The position numbers and the translations under genes are program-made. A stretch of 64,000 nt of DNA, taken from positions 800,001-864,000 of the forward strand of contig CAWHXD010000008.1 in assembly GCA_963833225.1 (NCBI GenBank). The letters run 5' to 3'. A model generated the notes under the pieces. That model worked only from the letters and a program-made list of their open reading frames with translations. It was not told where the DNA came from and searched no databases. This stretch comes from an uncultured Chloroflexia bacterium. Lineage in GTDB: Bacteria > Chloroflexota > Limnocylindria > Limnocylindrales > CSP1-4. Positions within the stretch are counted from its first letter, which is position 1, and each line of letters starts with the position of its first letter. Below, one piece after another: positions 50,735 to 60,070 of this stretch.

Positions 50735-50867
50735 CGCGGACTGGCAGTCCACGCACGGGCGCGGACTCTCGTGGACTGGCCGTCCACGCACGGGCGCGGA
50801 CTCTCGTGGACTGGCCGTCCACGCACGGGCGCGGACTCTCGTGGACTGGCCGTCCACGCACGGGCGC
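50735..50867. repeat. Tandem repeat, 35-bp unit x3 plus a partial copy, internally palindromic
   Basis: GCGGACTCTCGTGGACTGGCCGTCCACGCACGGGC at 50761, 50796 and 50831; no spacers. Confidence 0.95.
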
Positions 50868-50966
50868 TCTCGCGGCCTGCCGGCGGTCATGCCCGGCGCG
50901 TTGCCCGCCGGGGCGCGGACACTCGCGCTCCAGCCAGGCCCGGACCGGCGAACGTATGATCCACGC

Positions 50967-51776
50967 ATGCTGCTCGCGATCGACGTCGGGAACACGAACA
51001 TCACGCTGGGCCTCGTGGAGGGCGGCGCGATCTCCACGACTCGCCGGGCTGCCACGCACCGGGCCACGACCGTGGACGAGATGGAGCTGCTGCTCGACGG
51101 GCTGCTTGGCCTCGATGACCAGAGCCTCGACGGGGTGCGGGCCGCCGTCATGTGCTCGGTCGTCCCCGCCCAGACCGCCATCATCGAGGCCGTCGCGGAT
51201 CGCCGAACCCTCCCGATCCTGGTCGCGACCTCGGGGACCGTGCCGCTCGCGGTCCGGGTGGACCGGCCGGGCGAGGTCGGCCCGGACCGGATCGTCAACG
51301 CCCTGGCGGCCCAGCGCCTGTACGGCTGCCCGGCGGTGGTCGTGGACATGGGCACGGCCACCACCTACGACGCGGTCGGGCCCGACGGCGCCCTGCTGGG
51401 CGGCGCGATCGCGCCCGGGCTGATCCTTGGTCTCGAGGCGCTCGCGAGCCATACCGCCCGCCTGCCGCGGATCGAGCTCCGGACCCCGGACCGGGCGATC
51501 GGGCGCGACACGGTGGCCGCCATGCAGAGCGGGACTGTCTTTGGTTACCAGGCGGCGGTCACGGGCCTCCTGGCCCGCATCCGGGAAGAGCTGGCCGAGC
51601 TTGTCGACGCGCCGCTCAGCCAGGTCCACGGGATCCTGACCGGCGGGCTCTCGATGGAGCCCTGGGCCCGCGACGTGGAGGGCGTCGAGGTCATCGATCC
51701 CGACCTGACCCTCAAGGGCCTCGCGATCCTCTACGCGGAGGTCGCCGGCGGCGAGCCGCTGGAGGGATCGCGGTGA
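50967..51776 (+). CDS. coaX: Type III pantothenate kinase
   Basis: LAIDVGNT, VGPDR, VDMGTATT, GGAIAPG and TGG. Confidence 0.95.
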   Translation: MLLAIDVGNTNITLGLVEGGAISTTRRAATHRATTVDEMELLLDGLLGLDDQSLDGVRAAVMCSVVPAQTAIIEAVADRRTLPILVATSGTVPLAVRVDRPGEVGPDRIVNALAAQRLYGCPAVVVDMGTATTYDAVGPDGALLGGAIAPGLILGLEALASHTARLPRIELRTPDRAIGRDTVAAMQSGTVFGYQAAVTGLLARIREELAELVDAPLSQVHGILTGGLSMEPWARDVEGVEVIDPDLTLKGLAILYAEVAGGEPLEGSR

Positions 51777-53117
51777 GCGAGCGCCTCGACGAGATCCACG
51801 GGCGCCTCGACGGGCGGCTGATCGGCCTGGGGGTCTGCGGATCCATCGCCGCCTACAAGGCCGTGGAGCTCCTGCGCCTGCTCCGGGCGGAGGGCGCGGA
51901 CGTGGTCGTGATGCTGACCCCGGCCGCCGCCCACTTCGTGGGGCCGCTGACCTTCGAGGCCCTCTCCCGGCACCCGGTCGAGACGGATGTCCTGGGGCTG
52001 CTGCCGGACCAGCGGATCGGGCACATCGTGGTCGCCGACAGCGCCGACGCGATCGTTGTTGCGCCCGCCACGGCCCGCTGGCTGGGCGCCATGGCCAACG
52101 GGATCGCCAACGACACCGTAACCGCGGCCTGCCTCGCGAGCGGCGCCCCGGTGGTGGTTGCGCCCGCCATGGACGGCGACATGTGGACGCACCGGGCGAC
52201 ACGCGACAACGTGGCCCGCCTGGAGCGCGACTTCGGATACCGGATCGTGCCGCCGGAGATCGGATCGCTGGCGTCCGGGCAGTCGGGCGTGGGACGGCTT
52301 GCCGAGCTCGGCGTGATCATCGACACCGTGGTCGCGGCGGTCGAAGGCCGGCCCGTCCGCGAGCCGGACCGAGGCGCAGCGCCCGCCACTCACCGAGCCG
52401 CCGCACGAGCGCGACCTCGAGGGTCGCCACGTGGTGGTCAGCGCGGGCGGGACGGCGGAGTCGATCGACCCGGTGCGGTTCATCGGCAACCGCAGCACCG
52501 GCCGGATGGGCGTCGCGATCGCCGACGCCGCGATCGCCCGCGGCGCGCGCGTGACCATCGTCGCCGGCCGGGTCGAGGTGCCGCTGCCCGCCGCCGCCAC
52601 GGTGATCCACGCGGAATCCACGGCCGCCATGCGCGGGGCCGTGATCGCTTCCGTGATCGAGCAGGCAGCCGACGCCCTCGTCATGGCCGCGGCCGTCGCC
52701 GACTTCCGGCCACGTGTCACGGCGACCACCAAGCTGACCCGCGGCGAGGGCACGACCCTCGAGCTCGAGCCAACGGAGGACATCCTCGCCGAGGTCGGCG
52801 CCCGAGCGGGCGAGCTGGACCGCCGGCCGGTGATCGTGGGCTTTGCCGCCGAGACCGGCTCGCTGGATCGTGCCCCGGACAAGCTCCGCCGCAAGGGCGC
52901 GGATCTCCTGGTCGCCAACGACGTCAGCGAACCCGGGTCAGGGTTCGGGACGGACACGAACCGGGTCACGATCCTCGCCGCGGACGGCTCGCGCGACGAT
53001 CTGCCGCTGCTCTCCAAGCGCCAGGTCGCGGACCGGCTGCTGGACCGGGTCGCGGCCGCGTTGGACGATCGTGACGCACGGGCGCACACTGGCGCGACCA
53101 TGGAGAACAGCCGATGA
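51773..53117 (+). CDS. coaBC: Phosphopantothenoylcysteine decarboxylase/ligase (frameshift near 52375)
   Basis: GSIAAYKA, APAM, SAGGT.E.IDPVRFIGNRSTGRMG, AAVADF and GFAAET. Confidence 0.93.
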
Positions 53118-54034
53118 GTGCCCAGTCCGAGACCGTCCGCCGCCTGTCCGTGGTGGACATCGCCAAGCTGTACGCCGACGGCATCCGGATTGCCACGATC
53201 ACCGCGTACGACTACCCCACCGCCGCGCTCGTGGACGAGGCCGGGATCCCGCTGATCCTCGTCGGCGACTCGCTGGCCCAGGTGCTGCTGGGCTACGACA
53301 CGACGGTCCGCGTGTCGATGGACGAGATGCTCCATCACACCAAGGCCGTGGTGCGGGGCTCCAGGCACGCCCTCGTCGTTGGCGACATGCCGTTCCTGTC
53401 CTACTCGACGCCCGACGACGCCGTCGCCAACGCGGGCCGCTTCCTGCGGGAAGGCGGGGCCCAGGCCGTGAAGATCGAGGGCGGCGCGCGGAGCGCCCGG
53501 ACGATCGAGGCGCTGGTGCGAGCGGGCATCCCGGTCATGGCCCACATCGGGCTCACGCCGCAGGCGATCAACGCGATCGGCCGCGTCCGGGTCCAGGGCA
53601 AGAGCCGGGAGCAGGCGCGCTCCCTGCTGGCCGATGCCCTCGCCGTCCAGGAGGCGGGCGCGTTCGCGGTCGTCCTGGAGCTCGTTCCCGGGCAGCTCGC
53701 CGAGGCCATCACGCAGCGACTGCGCATCCCGACGATCGGGATCGGGGCGGGGGCCGGCTGCTCGGGCCAGATCCAGGTCATCACCGACACCCTCGGCTGG
53801 AGCGACTGGGCCCCCAAGCACGCCCGCCGGTACGCGGACCTCCGCGGGACCATCCTCGAGGCGATCCGTGCCTACCGCAGCGACGTGGAGCGAGGCGACT
53901 TCCCGGGCGACGCGGAGACCGTCCTGATGGATCCGTCGGTGCTGGACGAGGTGCTGGGCCGCACGGACCAGGACCGGGCGAGCACCGGCAGCTCGGCGAA
54001 CCTCGCCGGCATCCCGCTCGACCGCGACCTCTAG
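53114..54034 (+). CDS. panB: 3-methyl-2-oxobutanoate hydroxymethyltransferase
   Basis: TAYDY, LVGDS, GDMPF, VKIEG, HIGLTPQ and TIGIGAG. Confidence 0.96.
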   Translation: MSAQSETVRRLSVVDIAKLYADGIRIATITAYDYPTAALVDEAGIPLILVGDSLAQVLLGYDTTVRVSMDEMLHHTKAVVRGSRHALVVGDMPFLSYSTPDDAVANAGRFLREGGAQAVKIEGGARSARTIEALVRAGIPVMAHIGLTPQAINAIGRVRVQGKSREQARSLLADALAVQEAGAFAVVLELVPGQLAEAITQRLRIPTIGIGAGAGCSGQIQVITDTLGWSDWAPKHARRYADLRGTILEAIRAYRSDVERGDFPGDAETVLMDPSVLDEVLGRTDQDRASTGSSANLAGIPLDRDL

Positions 54035-54064
54035 GCCCGGCACCAGGCCTCCGTCCGCCACCCG

Positions 54065-54898
54065 ATGCAGGTCGTCCGGACGCGAGCCGACCTGCGGGCA
54101 GTCCTGACCACGGCCCCGCGACCCGTCGGGCTGGTGCCCACGATGGGCTGGCTGCACGCGGGTCACGTGTCGCTCGTGGAGCGGGCACGCGCCGAGAGCG
54201 CAACGGTCGTCATGTCGATCTTCGTCAACCCGAGGCAGTTCGGCGAGACCGCCGACTTCGAGCGCTACCCGCGAAACGAGGCCCGGGACCTCGAGCGGGC
54301 CGAGGCCGCCGGTGTCGACGTGGTGTTCGCGCCCGATGTGGACGAGGTCTACCCGCCCGGGTTCGACACCGTGGTGTCCGTGGGTGCGATCTCGCGACCG
54401 CTGGAGGGTGCCGCGCGGCCCGGCCACTTCGCCGGCGTGGCGACCGTCGTGGCGATCCTGTTCGCGCTCGTCGGTGCCGAGCGGGCGTACTTTGGCCTCA
54501 AGGACTACCAGCAGGTCCGGGTGATCGCCCGGATGGCGCGGGACCTCGCGCTGCCGACCGAGGTGGTGGCGTGCGAGACGGTGCGCGAGCCGGACGGCCT
54601 GGCGCTGTCCTCACGCAACGCCAGGCTGACGCCGGCGGGCCGGGCGGCGGCTCCGGTGCTGCGGCGGGCGCTGCTCGCGGGTGCGGACCGGGTGCGCGAA
54701 GGCGAGCTGTCCGGCGCGAGCGTCCGCAAGGCGATGGTCGCGGTCCTCGCGGAGGAGCCGGCCGCCACGTGTGACTACGTGTCCGTGGCGGATCCGGAGA
54801 CGCTGGACGAGCTGGACGTCGTCCCGGGGCGGGCCCTGCTCTCGCTCGCGGCCCGGATCGACGGCGTCCGCCTGATCGACAACGAACGGGTCCCGTAG
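54065..54898 (+). CDS. panC: Pantoate--beta-alanine ligase
   Basis: VPTMGWLHAGH, FVNPRQF, RPGHF, GLALSSRN and RLIDN. Confidence 0.96.
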   Translation: MQVVRTRADLRAVLTTAPRPVGLVPTMGWLHAGHVSLVERARAESATVVMSIFVNPRQFGETADFERYPRNEARDLERAEAAGVDVVFAPDVDEVYPPGFDTVVSVGAISRPLEGAARPGHFAGVATVVAILFALVGAERAYFGLKDYQQVRVIARMARDLALPTEVVACETVREPDGLALSSRNARLTPAGRAAAPVLRRALLAGADRVREGELSGASVRKAMVAVLAEEPAATCDYVSVADPETLDELDVVPGRALLSLAARIDGVRLIDNERVP

Positions 54899-54914
54899 CG
54901 GCGCGGGTCATCAA

Positions 54915-55001
54915 GGGCTTCGCGGCGCGGTCAGCGCTGGGCTTCGCGGCGCGGTCAGCACTGGGCTTCGCGGCGCGGTCAGCACTGGGCTTCGCGGCGC
55001 G
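54915..55001. repeat. Tandem repeat, 24-bp unit x3.6, between convergent genes
   Basis: GGGCTTCGCGGCGCGGTCAGC(G/A)CT repeated. Confidence 0.93.
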
Positions 55002-55008
55002 ATGCGGC

Positions 55009-56181
55009 TCAGTCCAGCCGCGCCTCCCTCGCCACCTCGAGGAACCGGTCCATCACCAGGTGCTCCCAGACCAGCGCCTTGATGAGTTCGATCTTGCCCG
55101 TGTCCTCGGGATGCGTCTTGACGAGCAGGTTCTGGAGCTCTGAGGCGACCGTGTATGTGTCCTCGGCGACGATCGCTGCGAACATGCTGGCGTTGCGAAC
55201 CGCTGCGAGCACCTCGGGGCGAGGCCGGTAGCCACCGGTGAGGATGATCCCCAGCGCCTTGCCCTCGGGGCCCGCGTCGATGGCCCCCGGCGTCTCGCCC
55301 ACCAGGCTCTCGAGGTGCGACACCACCGCCGGCGTGGAGGGTCGGGCGGCGATGTGGGCGGCGGCGAGGGTCAGGATGGCGTCCTCGCGGTCACCTGGGA
55401 CGATCACCAGGGTCCGCGGTCCCACGTGCCGCAGCATGTGATGCGGCTCCATCGCTCCGATGGCGACGCTCCCGATCACCGCGTCGAGATCCGGCCCGGG
55501 GCAGATGAGCTCGCCCTGGACACCCTTGAGGATGATCCCCAGCGTGGGGTTGGACAGGATGGGCCGGTACGGGAGCACCCCGAGGAGCGGGATGCCGTAG
55601 CGGGCCAGCCCGCGCTCCAGCGTCTTCTCGATCCCGGGGGACTCGTCGACCCGGATCTTGTTGACGATCGCGCCGGCCACCGGGACGCCGTGCGCCTCGA
55701 AGTGCGAGGCATTGAGGACGATCTCGTCGATCGGCCGCCCGACGCCTCCCTCGGAGACGATCACGACCGGAGCCTTGAGCATCGAGGCGACCTTCGCGTT
55801 GGACAGCCCCACCACGGCCCCGACGCCGGCATGGCCCGTCCCCTCGAGCAGCAGGATCTCGTGGCCCGCGAAATGGCGCTGCGCCGCCATGATGGGCGCC
55901 TCCATGTCCTCGACCATGCCGCCGTTGAGGTAGCGCTTGGTGAACCCGCGCGGGATGTGCACCGGGCTCATCGCCCAGAAGGGGTCGGTCAGGTCGAACG
56001 TCCGCCGCATGAGGTCCGCGTCCTCGTCGCACGGCTGGCCATCGATGATCATCGTGCGCTGCCCAACGGGCTTGGAGAACCCCGTTCGATAGCCGCGCCG
56101 GCGGAAGCCGTCGAGCAGCCCGAGGCTGGCCGTGGTCTTGCCGCGGTTCTGGCCGGTGGCCGCGAGGAACAGCTGGCGCAC
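55009..56181 (-). CDS. BioD-like P-loop + DRTGG domain protein (Pta N-terminus-like)
   Basis: ATGQNRGKTT, KPVG, LEGTGHAGVG, IVNK, PGDRED and ILTGG; no Pta catalytic domain. Confidence 0.85.
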   Translation of the reverse strand: MRQLFLAATGQNRGKTTASLGLLDGFRRRGYRTGFSKPVGQRTMIIDGQPCDEDADLMRRTFDLTDPFWAMSPVHIPRGFTKRYLNGGMVEDMEAPIMAAQRHFAGHEILLLEGTGHAGVGAVVGLSNAKVASMLKAPVVIVSEGGVGRPIDEIVLNASHFEAHGVPVAGAIVNKIRVDESPGIEKTLERGLARYGIPLLGVLPYRPILSNPTLGIILKGVQGELICPGPDLDAVIGSVAIGAMEPHHMLRHVGPRTLVIVPGDREDAILTLAAAHIAARPSTPAVVSHLESLVGETPGAIDAGPEGKALGIILTGGYRPRPEVLAAVRNASMFAAIVAEDTYTVASELQNLLVKTHPEDTGKIELIKALVWEHLVMDRFLEVAREARLD

Positions 56182-56191
56182 CGCGCGACGC

Positions 56192-56797
56192 CTAGCCGCG
56201 TGGGCCGGTCTTGCGCTCGATCAGCTGGACGGCCTCGCGCAGCCGGGTGAGAGCCTCCTCGTCCACGCTGTCGGGCTCGAGGTACGGGCCCAACCGCTCC
56301 ATGATGTCCGTCACCAGGCCCAGGAACACGGCAGCGTCGGCGACGAAGAACTGGGGCTCGTTGTTGTAGCGGACCATCGTCAGCCGCCCCTGCAGCACCC
56401 GGCGCTCCTCGACATGCGCGACCTGCGTGCTGAAGTTGTGCCCCTGGATGCCGTCGGGGTTGTTGAGGAAGTTGAGGGCGTTGTCGATGGCCAGGCCGAA
56501 CCGCGCCCGCCACGCCACCAGCCGCTCGTGGACCTCGGGCGGGATGCGGACCTCGGCCACCTCTTCGAACACCTCGGGCGCCACCGTGAGCAGGCCGACC
56601 AGCGTCGTGCCCGCCCGGGCGCCGAGCATCACCTGGAGGCTCCGCTCGAGGGTGAACACCTCCGAATCGAACCGGGGGCTGGTGATGACGTCGGTCAGGA
56701 GATCCTCGACATTGTCGAGGCTGCCCGGGTCGTTGACGGCGTTGGCGAGATGGAGGATCTCCTCCTTGAAGAGGAACTTCTCCTCGTGGTCAAGCAT
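56192..56797 (-). CDS. Hypothetical protein
   Basis: Clean acidic ORF with a -10 box 6 nt before the ATG; 10 nt upstream of the DRTGG gene. Confidence 0.8.
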   Translation of the reverse strand: MLDHEEKFLFKEEILHLANAVNDPGSLDNVEDLLTDVITSPRFDSEVFTLERSLQVMLGARAGTTLVGLLTVAPEVFEEVAEVRIPPEVHERLVAWRARFGLAIDNALNFLNNPDGIQGHNFSTQVAHVEERRVLQGRLTMVRYNNEPQFFVADAAVFLGLVTDIMERLGPYLEPDSVDEEALTRLREAVQLIERKTGPRG

Positions 56798-56870
56798 TCA
56801 GCGATGGTAACAGCCAACCGGCCGCGCTCAGGCGCCTGAAGTCCCCGATTGCCGCAATGGGCGGACCGAA

Positions 56871-56900
56871 TCAAAACGGCCCGGACGAACCGGGCCGTTT
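56871..56900 (-). terminator. Intrinsic terminator after gdh
   Basis: AAACGGCCCGG-TTCGT-CCGGGCCGTTTT. Confidence 0.8.
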
Positions 56901-56945
56901 CGAGCGTTCTGAACGTGCCGGCGGCGGTCACCCGCCGCGAGGGAC

Positions 56946-58211
56946 CTACGGATACAGCCCGCGCAGGGCGGTGGCATCGGCCACGCGCTGGACGGCGAGC
57001 AGGTAGGCACCCGTCCGCATGTTGACGTGCTGGCCCTGGGCCTGCGCGAGCACCTCGGCGAAGGCCTTGACCATGATCACCTTGAGCTTGGCGTTGACGT
57101 CGGCCTCGGTCCAGTGGTCCCGGTTGAGATCCTGGACCCACTCGAAGTAGCTGACCGTGACGCCGCCGGCGTTGCACAGGATGTCCGGGATCAGGAACAC
57201 GCCGTTGCGGAACAGGATCTCGTCCGCCTCGGGCGTCGTGGGGCCGTTGGCGGCCTCGGCAACGATCCTGGCCTTGACGTTGCCGGCGTTGCTCGCCGTG
57301 ATCTGGTTCTCGAGAGCCGCCGGGATGAGCACGTCGCACTCGGTCTCGAGGACCTCGGCATTCGTGATCGTCTCGGAGCCCGGGAAGCCGACGACGGTCC
57401 CGTGCTCGGCCTTCCACTGGAGGACCCGGGCGATGTCGAGGCCGGCCATGTTGCGGATGCCGCCCTGCGAGTCGGACACGGCGACGACCGTCGCGCCTTC
57501 CTCGACCATGAGCCCGGCCGCGATGTTGCCGGCGTTGCCGAAGCCCTGGACGGCGACCTTCGCCCCCCGGAGCTCCATCCCGAGGTGCCTGGCAGCCTCG
57601 ACGATCGTGTACACGCAGCCACGCGCCGTGGCCTCGTTGCGGCCTTCGGAGCCGCCCAGGCTGATCGGCTTGCCGGTCACGACGCCCGGGACCGTGTACC
57701 CGACGTGCATCGAGTACGTGTCCATGAACCAGGACATGATCTGGGGCGTGGTGTTGACGTCAGGGGCGGGAATGTCGCTCTGGGGCCCGATGAGGACCTC
57801 GATCTCGGTGAAGAACCGGCGGCTGAGGCCTTCCAGCTCCTTCATCGAGAGCTTCTTGGGGTCGACGATCACGCCGCCCTTGCCGCCGCCGTAGGGGATC
57901 CCCACGACCGCGCACTTCCAGGTCATCCACATCGCGAGGGCCTTGACCTCGTCGATGGAGACGTCCTGGTGGTAGCGAATGCCGCCCTTCGCGGGGCCAC
58001 GACCCAGATTGTGCTGGACACGGTAGCCCGTGAAGACCTGCACCGACCCGTCGTCCATGTGGACCGGGAAATGGACCGTGAGCTCGCGGCGCGGCTCGCG
58101 CAGCACGCGCCGGAGGCCGGTGTCGAGGTTGAGCATCTCGGCCGCGAGATCGAATTGCTGCTGCGCGACCTGCCAGGCGTTGACCTGGGCCGCAGCGTTT
58201 TCCGTCGTCAT
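56946..58211 (-). CDS. gdhA: Glu/Leu/Phe/Val dehydrogenase (glutamate dehydrogenase)
   Basis: GPAKGGIRY, MTWK, GGGKGG, DIPAPDV, QGFGNAG and NAGGVTVSYFEWVQ. Confidence 0.93.
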   Translation of the reverse strand: MTTENAAAQVNAWQVAQQQFDLAAEMLNLDTGLRRVLREPRRELTVHFPVHMDDGSVQVFTGYRVQHNLGRGPAKGGIRYHQDVSIDEVKALAMWMTWKCAVVGIPYGGGKGGVIVDPKKLSMKELEGLSRRFFTEIEVLIGPQSDIPAPDVNTTPQIMSWFMDTYSMHVGYTVPGVVTGKPISLGGSEGRNEATARGCVYTIVEAARHLGMELRGAKVAVQGFGNAGNIAAGLMVEEGATVVAVSDSQGGIRNMAGLDIARVLQWKAEHGTVVGFPGSETITNAEVLETECDVLIPAALENQITASNAGNVKARIVAEAANGPTTPEADEILFRNGVFLIPDILCNAGGVTVSYFEWVQDLNRDHWTEADVNAKLKVIMVKAFAEVLAQAQGQHVNMRTGAYLLAVQRVADATALRGLYP

Positions 58212-58746
58212 GAACGGATCGTCCTCGGTAGGTGGGCGGCTGACGCCGTCCGTGATCGGTGAGCCGTCTTCCGGACGACTCGACGGGGACGGGTCCGGCC
58301 GCCGGCCGTGACATGGCCGAGCGGACGCCACACGCCGCCTTCTGAGTTCGAGTATAGCCGCGAGCGGCTCGGGACCACGGGCCGCTCGTCACCGTCGCGC
58401 AACCATTCCGTCACCCGCTCGGCCGTGTCGAGTGGCAGGGGTGGCGGCCCGGCAAGCGGGAGTGGGGCGCGGCGCCGCTCCGGGCGCCCGACGCCCCGCG
58501 GCGGGCCCCGTGGCGGAGCCTGTCGCCGTCGCCCCGTGGCGGGAGCCCCGAGCGCATGTCCCGCGGTCCCGCGCCGCGGTCCCGCGCCGTCGTCCCTCCC
58601 GGGCGCCCGACGCCGTCGCCCCTCCCGGGCGCCCGACGCCCCAACGAGCGCGTCAACGAGTCGATTGGGCGCGGGGCGCCCGGACGGTCGCCCCGGAGAC
58701 CGCCTCCGCGTAACGGGTGGGTCGCTGGCCGCCCAGATCGCCACGT

Positions 58747-58971
58747 CGTGCGACCGTTCGGGCGCCGGGAGCCCGGGGCGTGGGCCATGCCGGGAGCCCG
58801 GGGCGTGGGCAGTGCCGGGAGCCCGGGGCGTGGGCAGTGCCGGGAGCCCGGGGCGTGGGCAGTGCCGGGAGCCCGGGGCGTGGGCCATGCCGGGAGCCCG
58901 GGGCGTGGGCCATGCCGGGAGCCCGGGGCGTGGACCGGGCCGGGAGCCCGGAGCGTGCGACCGTTCGGGCG
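58747..58971. repeat. Tandem repeat, 25-bp unit x7 plus partial, bracketed by an 18-bp direct repeat
   Basis: GCCGGGAGCCCGGGGCGTGGGC(CAT/AGT) from 58764; CGTGCGACCGTTCGGGCG at 58747-58764 and 58954-58971. Confidence 0.95.
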
Positions 58972-59002
58972 GAGTCCCCTCCCCGCTTGCCACGGGCAGC
59001 GG

Positions 59003-59848
59003 TCAGCCCTTGAGGACGATCACCGCGCCCACGCAGCCGGGACCGAGGTGAGGACCCACGGACGGGCCGACCGTTCGCACCTGGACCATGGACGGATCCA
59101 GGCCGGACCGCTCCAGGAACCGGGCGTGGAACTGGTCCACGTCGGCATGGGTGGTGTGCAGGATCGAGGCCCGCTCCATCGGCCGTTCGGTCAGCAGCTC
59201 GAGGCAGCGCTCGCGGGCCTTGGCCCGTGTCCGGACGCGCTCGGCGTTCTCGACGATGCCTTCCCGCACGGTGATGATCGGCTTGATCGAGAGCATCGTG
59301 CCCATCGCTGCCCGGGCACCGCTGATCCGCCCGCCGCGCTTGAGGTACTCGAGGGTGTCGAGGGCGACGTACAGGTCCAGTCGCCCCTTCGTCTCTTCCA
59401 GGGCGGCTGCGATCTCGGCGCCGCTCGCGCCGGCGGCGGCGAGCTCGGCTCCGATCTGCGCGAGCATGCCCTGACCCATGGACGCGGAGCGCGAGTCGAC
59501 GACGTGGACCTCGCGATCCGGCAGGTCCCGGGCGCCGAGGGTCGCCGACTTGAGCGTGCCCGACAGGTCCCCCGAGACGGTCACGCACACGACGGCCTCG
59601 GCCCCTGCATCGAAGGCGGCCTGGTAGGCCTGCCGGAACTCGCCGGGCGCCGCTGCCGCCGTGGTCGGGAACGGGGCGTCCGGCGCCGTCATCCGGACCC
59701 AGAACTCGTCCGTGGTGAGGTTCACCCCGGGGCGAAACGTGTCCGCGCCAAAGGTGACCACGAGGGGGACCACGGTGATCCCGGCCTGGGCGGCGACCTC
59801 GGGCGGCAGGTCGCTGGCGGAGTCGGTGACGATCGCGACACGAGACAC
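59003..59848 (-). CDS. DegV family fatty-acid-binding protein
   Basis: IVTDSASDL, SGDLSGT, VDS, LEYLKRGGRI, IKPII and HLGPG. Confidence 0.95.
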   Translation of the reverse strand: MSRVAIVTDSASDLPPEVAAQAGITVVPLVVTFGADTFRPGVNLTTDEFWVRMTAPDAPFPTTAAAAPGEFRQAYQAAFDAGAEAVVCVTVSGDLSGTLKSATLGARDLPDREVHVVDSRSASMGQGMLAQIGAELAAAGASGAEIAAALEETKGRLDLYVALDTLEYLKRGGRISGARAAMGTMLSIKPIITVREGIVENAERVRTRAKARERCLELLTERPMERASILHTTHADVDQFHARFLERSGLDPSMVQVRTVGPSVGPHLGPGCVGAVIVLKG

Positions 59849-59931
59849 GGTCTGGCTCCTCCTCCGAGCTCACGGGCCCCGCCCAACGGGGGGTGGGCTG
59901 CCGTGGCGAGGATGATACGGAGCCACGGCCA

Positions 59932-60003
59932 GCCCGGGGAGCCGAATCGGGCCGCTCCCGGCCCGGGGAGCCGAATCGGGCCGCTCCCGGCCCGGGGAGC
60001 CGA
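59932..60003. repeat. Tandem repeat, 29-bp unit x2.5, between divergent promoters
   Basis: GCCCGGGGAGCCGAATCGGGCCGCTCCCG repeated. Confidence 0.9.
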
Positions 60004-60070
60004 TGCGGTTCGCTCGCGACCATCGCCCGATCGTGGCGCGCAGGAGCGTGCGGCCCGGTAGGCTCAACGC

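Noticed and set aside
50735-50867. Possible CRISPR array
   Set aside because: Units are directly adjacent with no unique spacers, and no cas genes are present.
58764-58951. Possible CRISPR array
   Set aside because: Only 3 nt vary between units; it is a tandem repeat.
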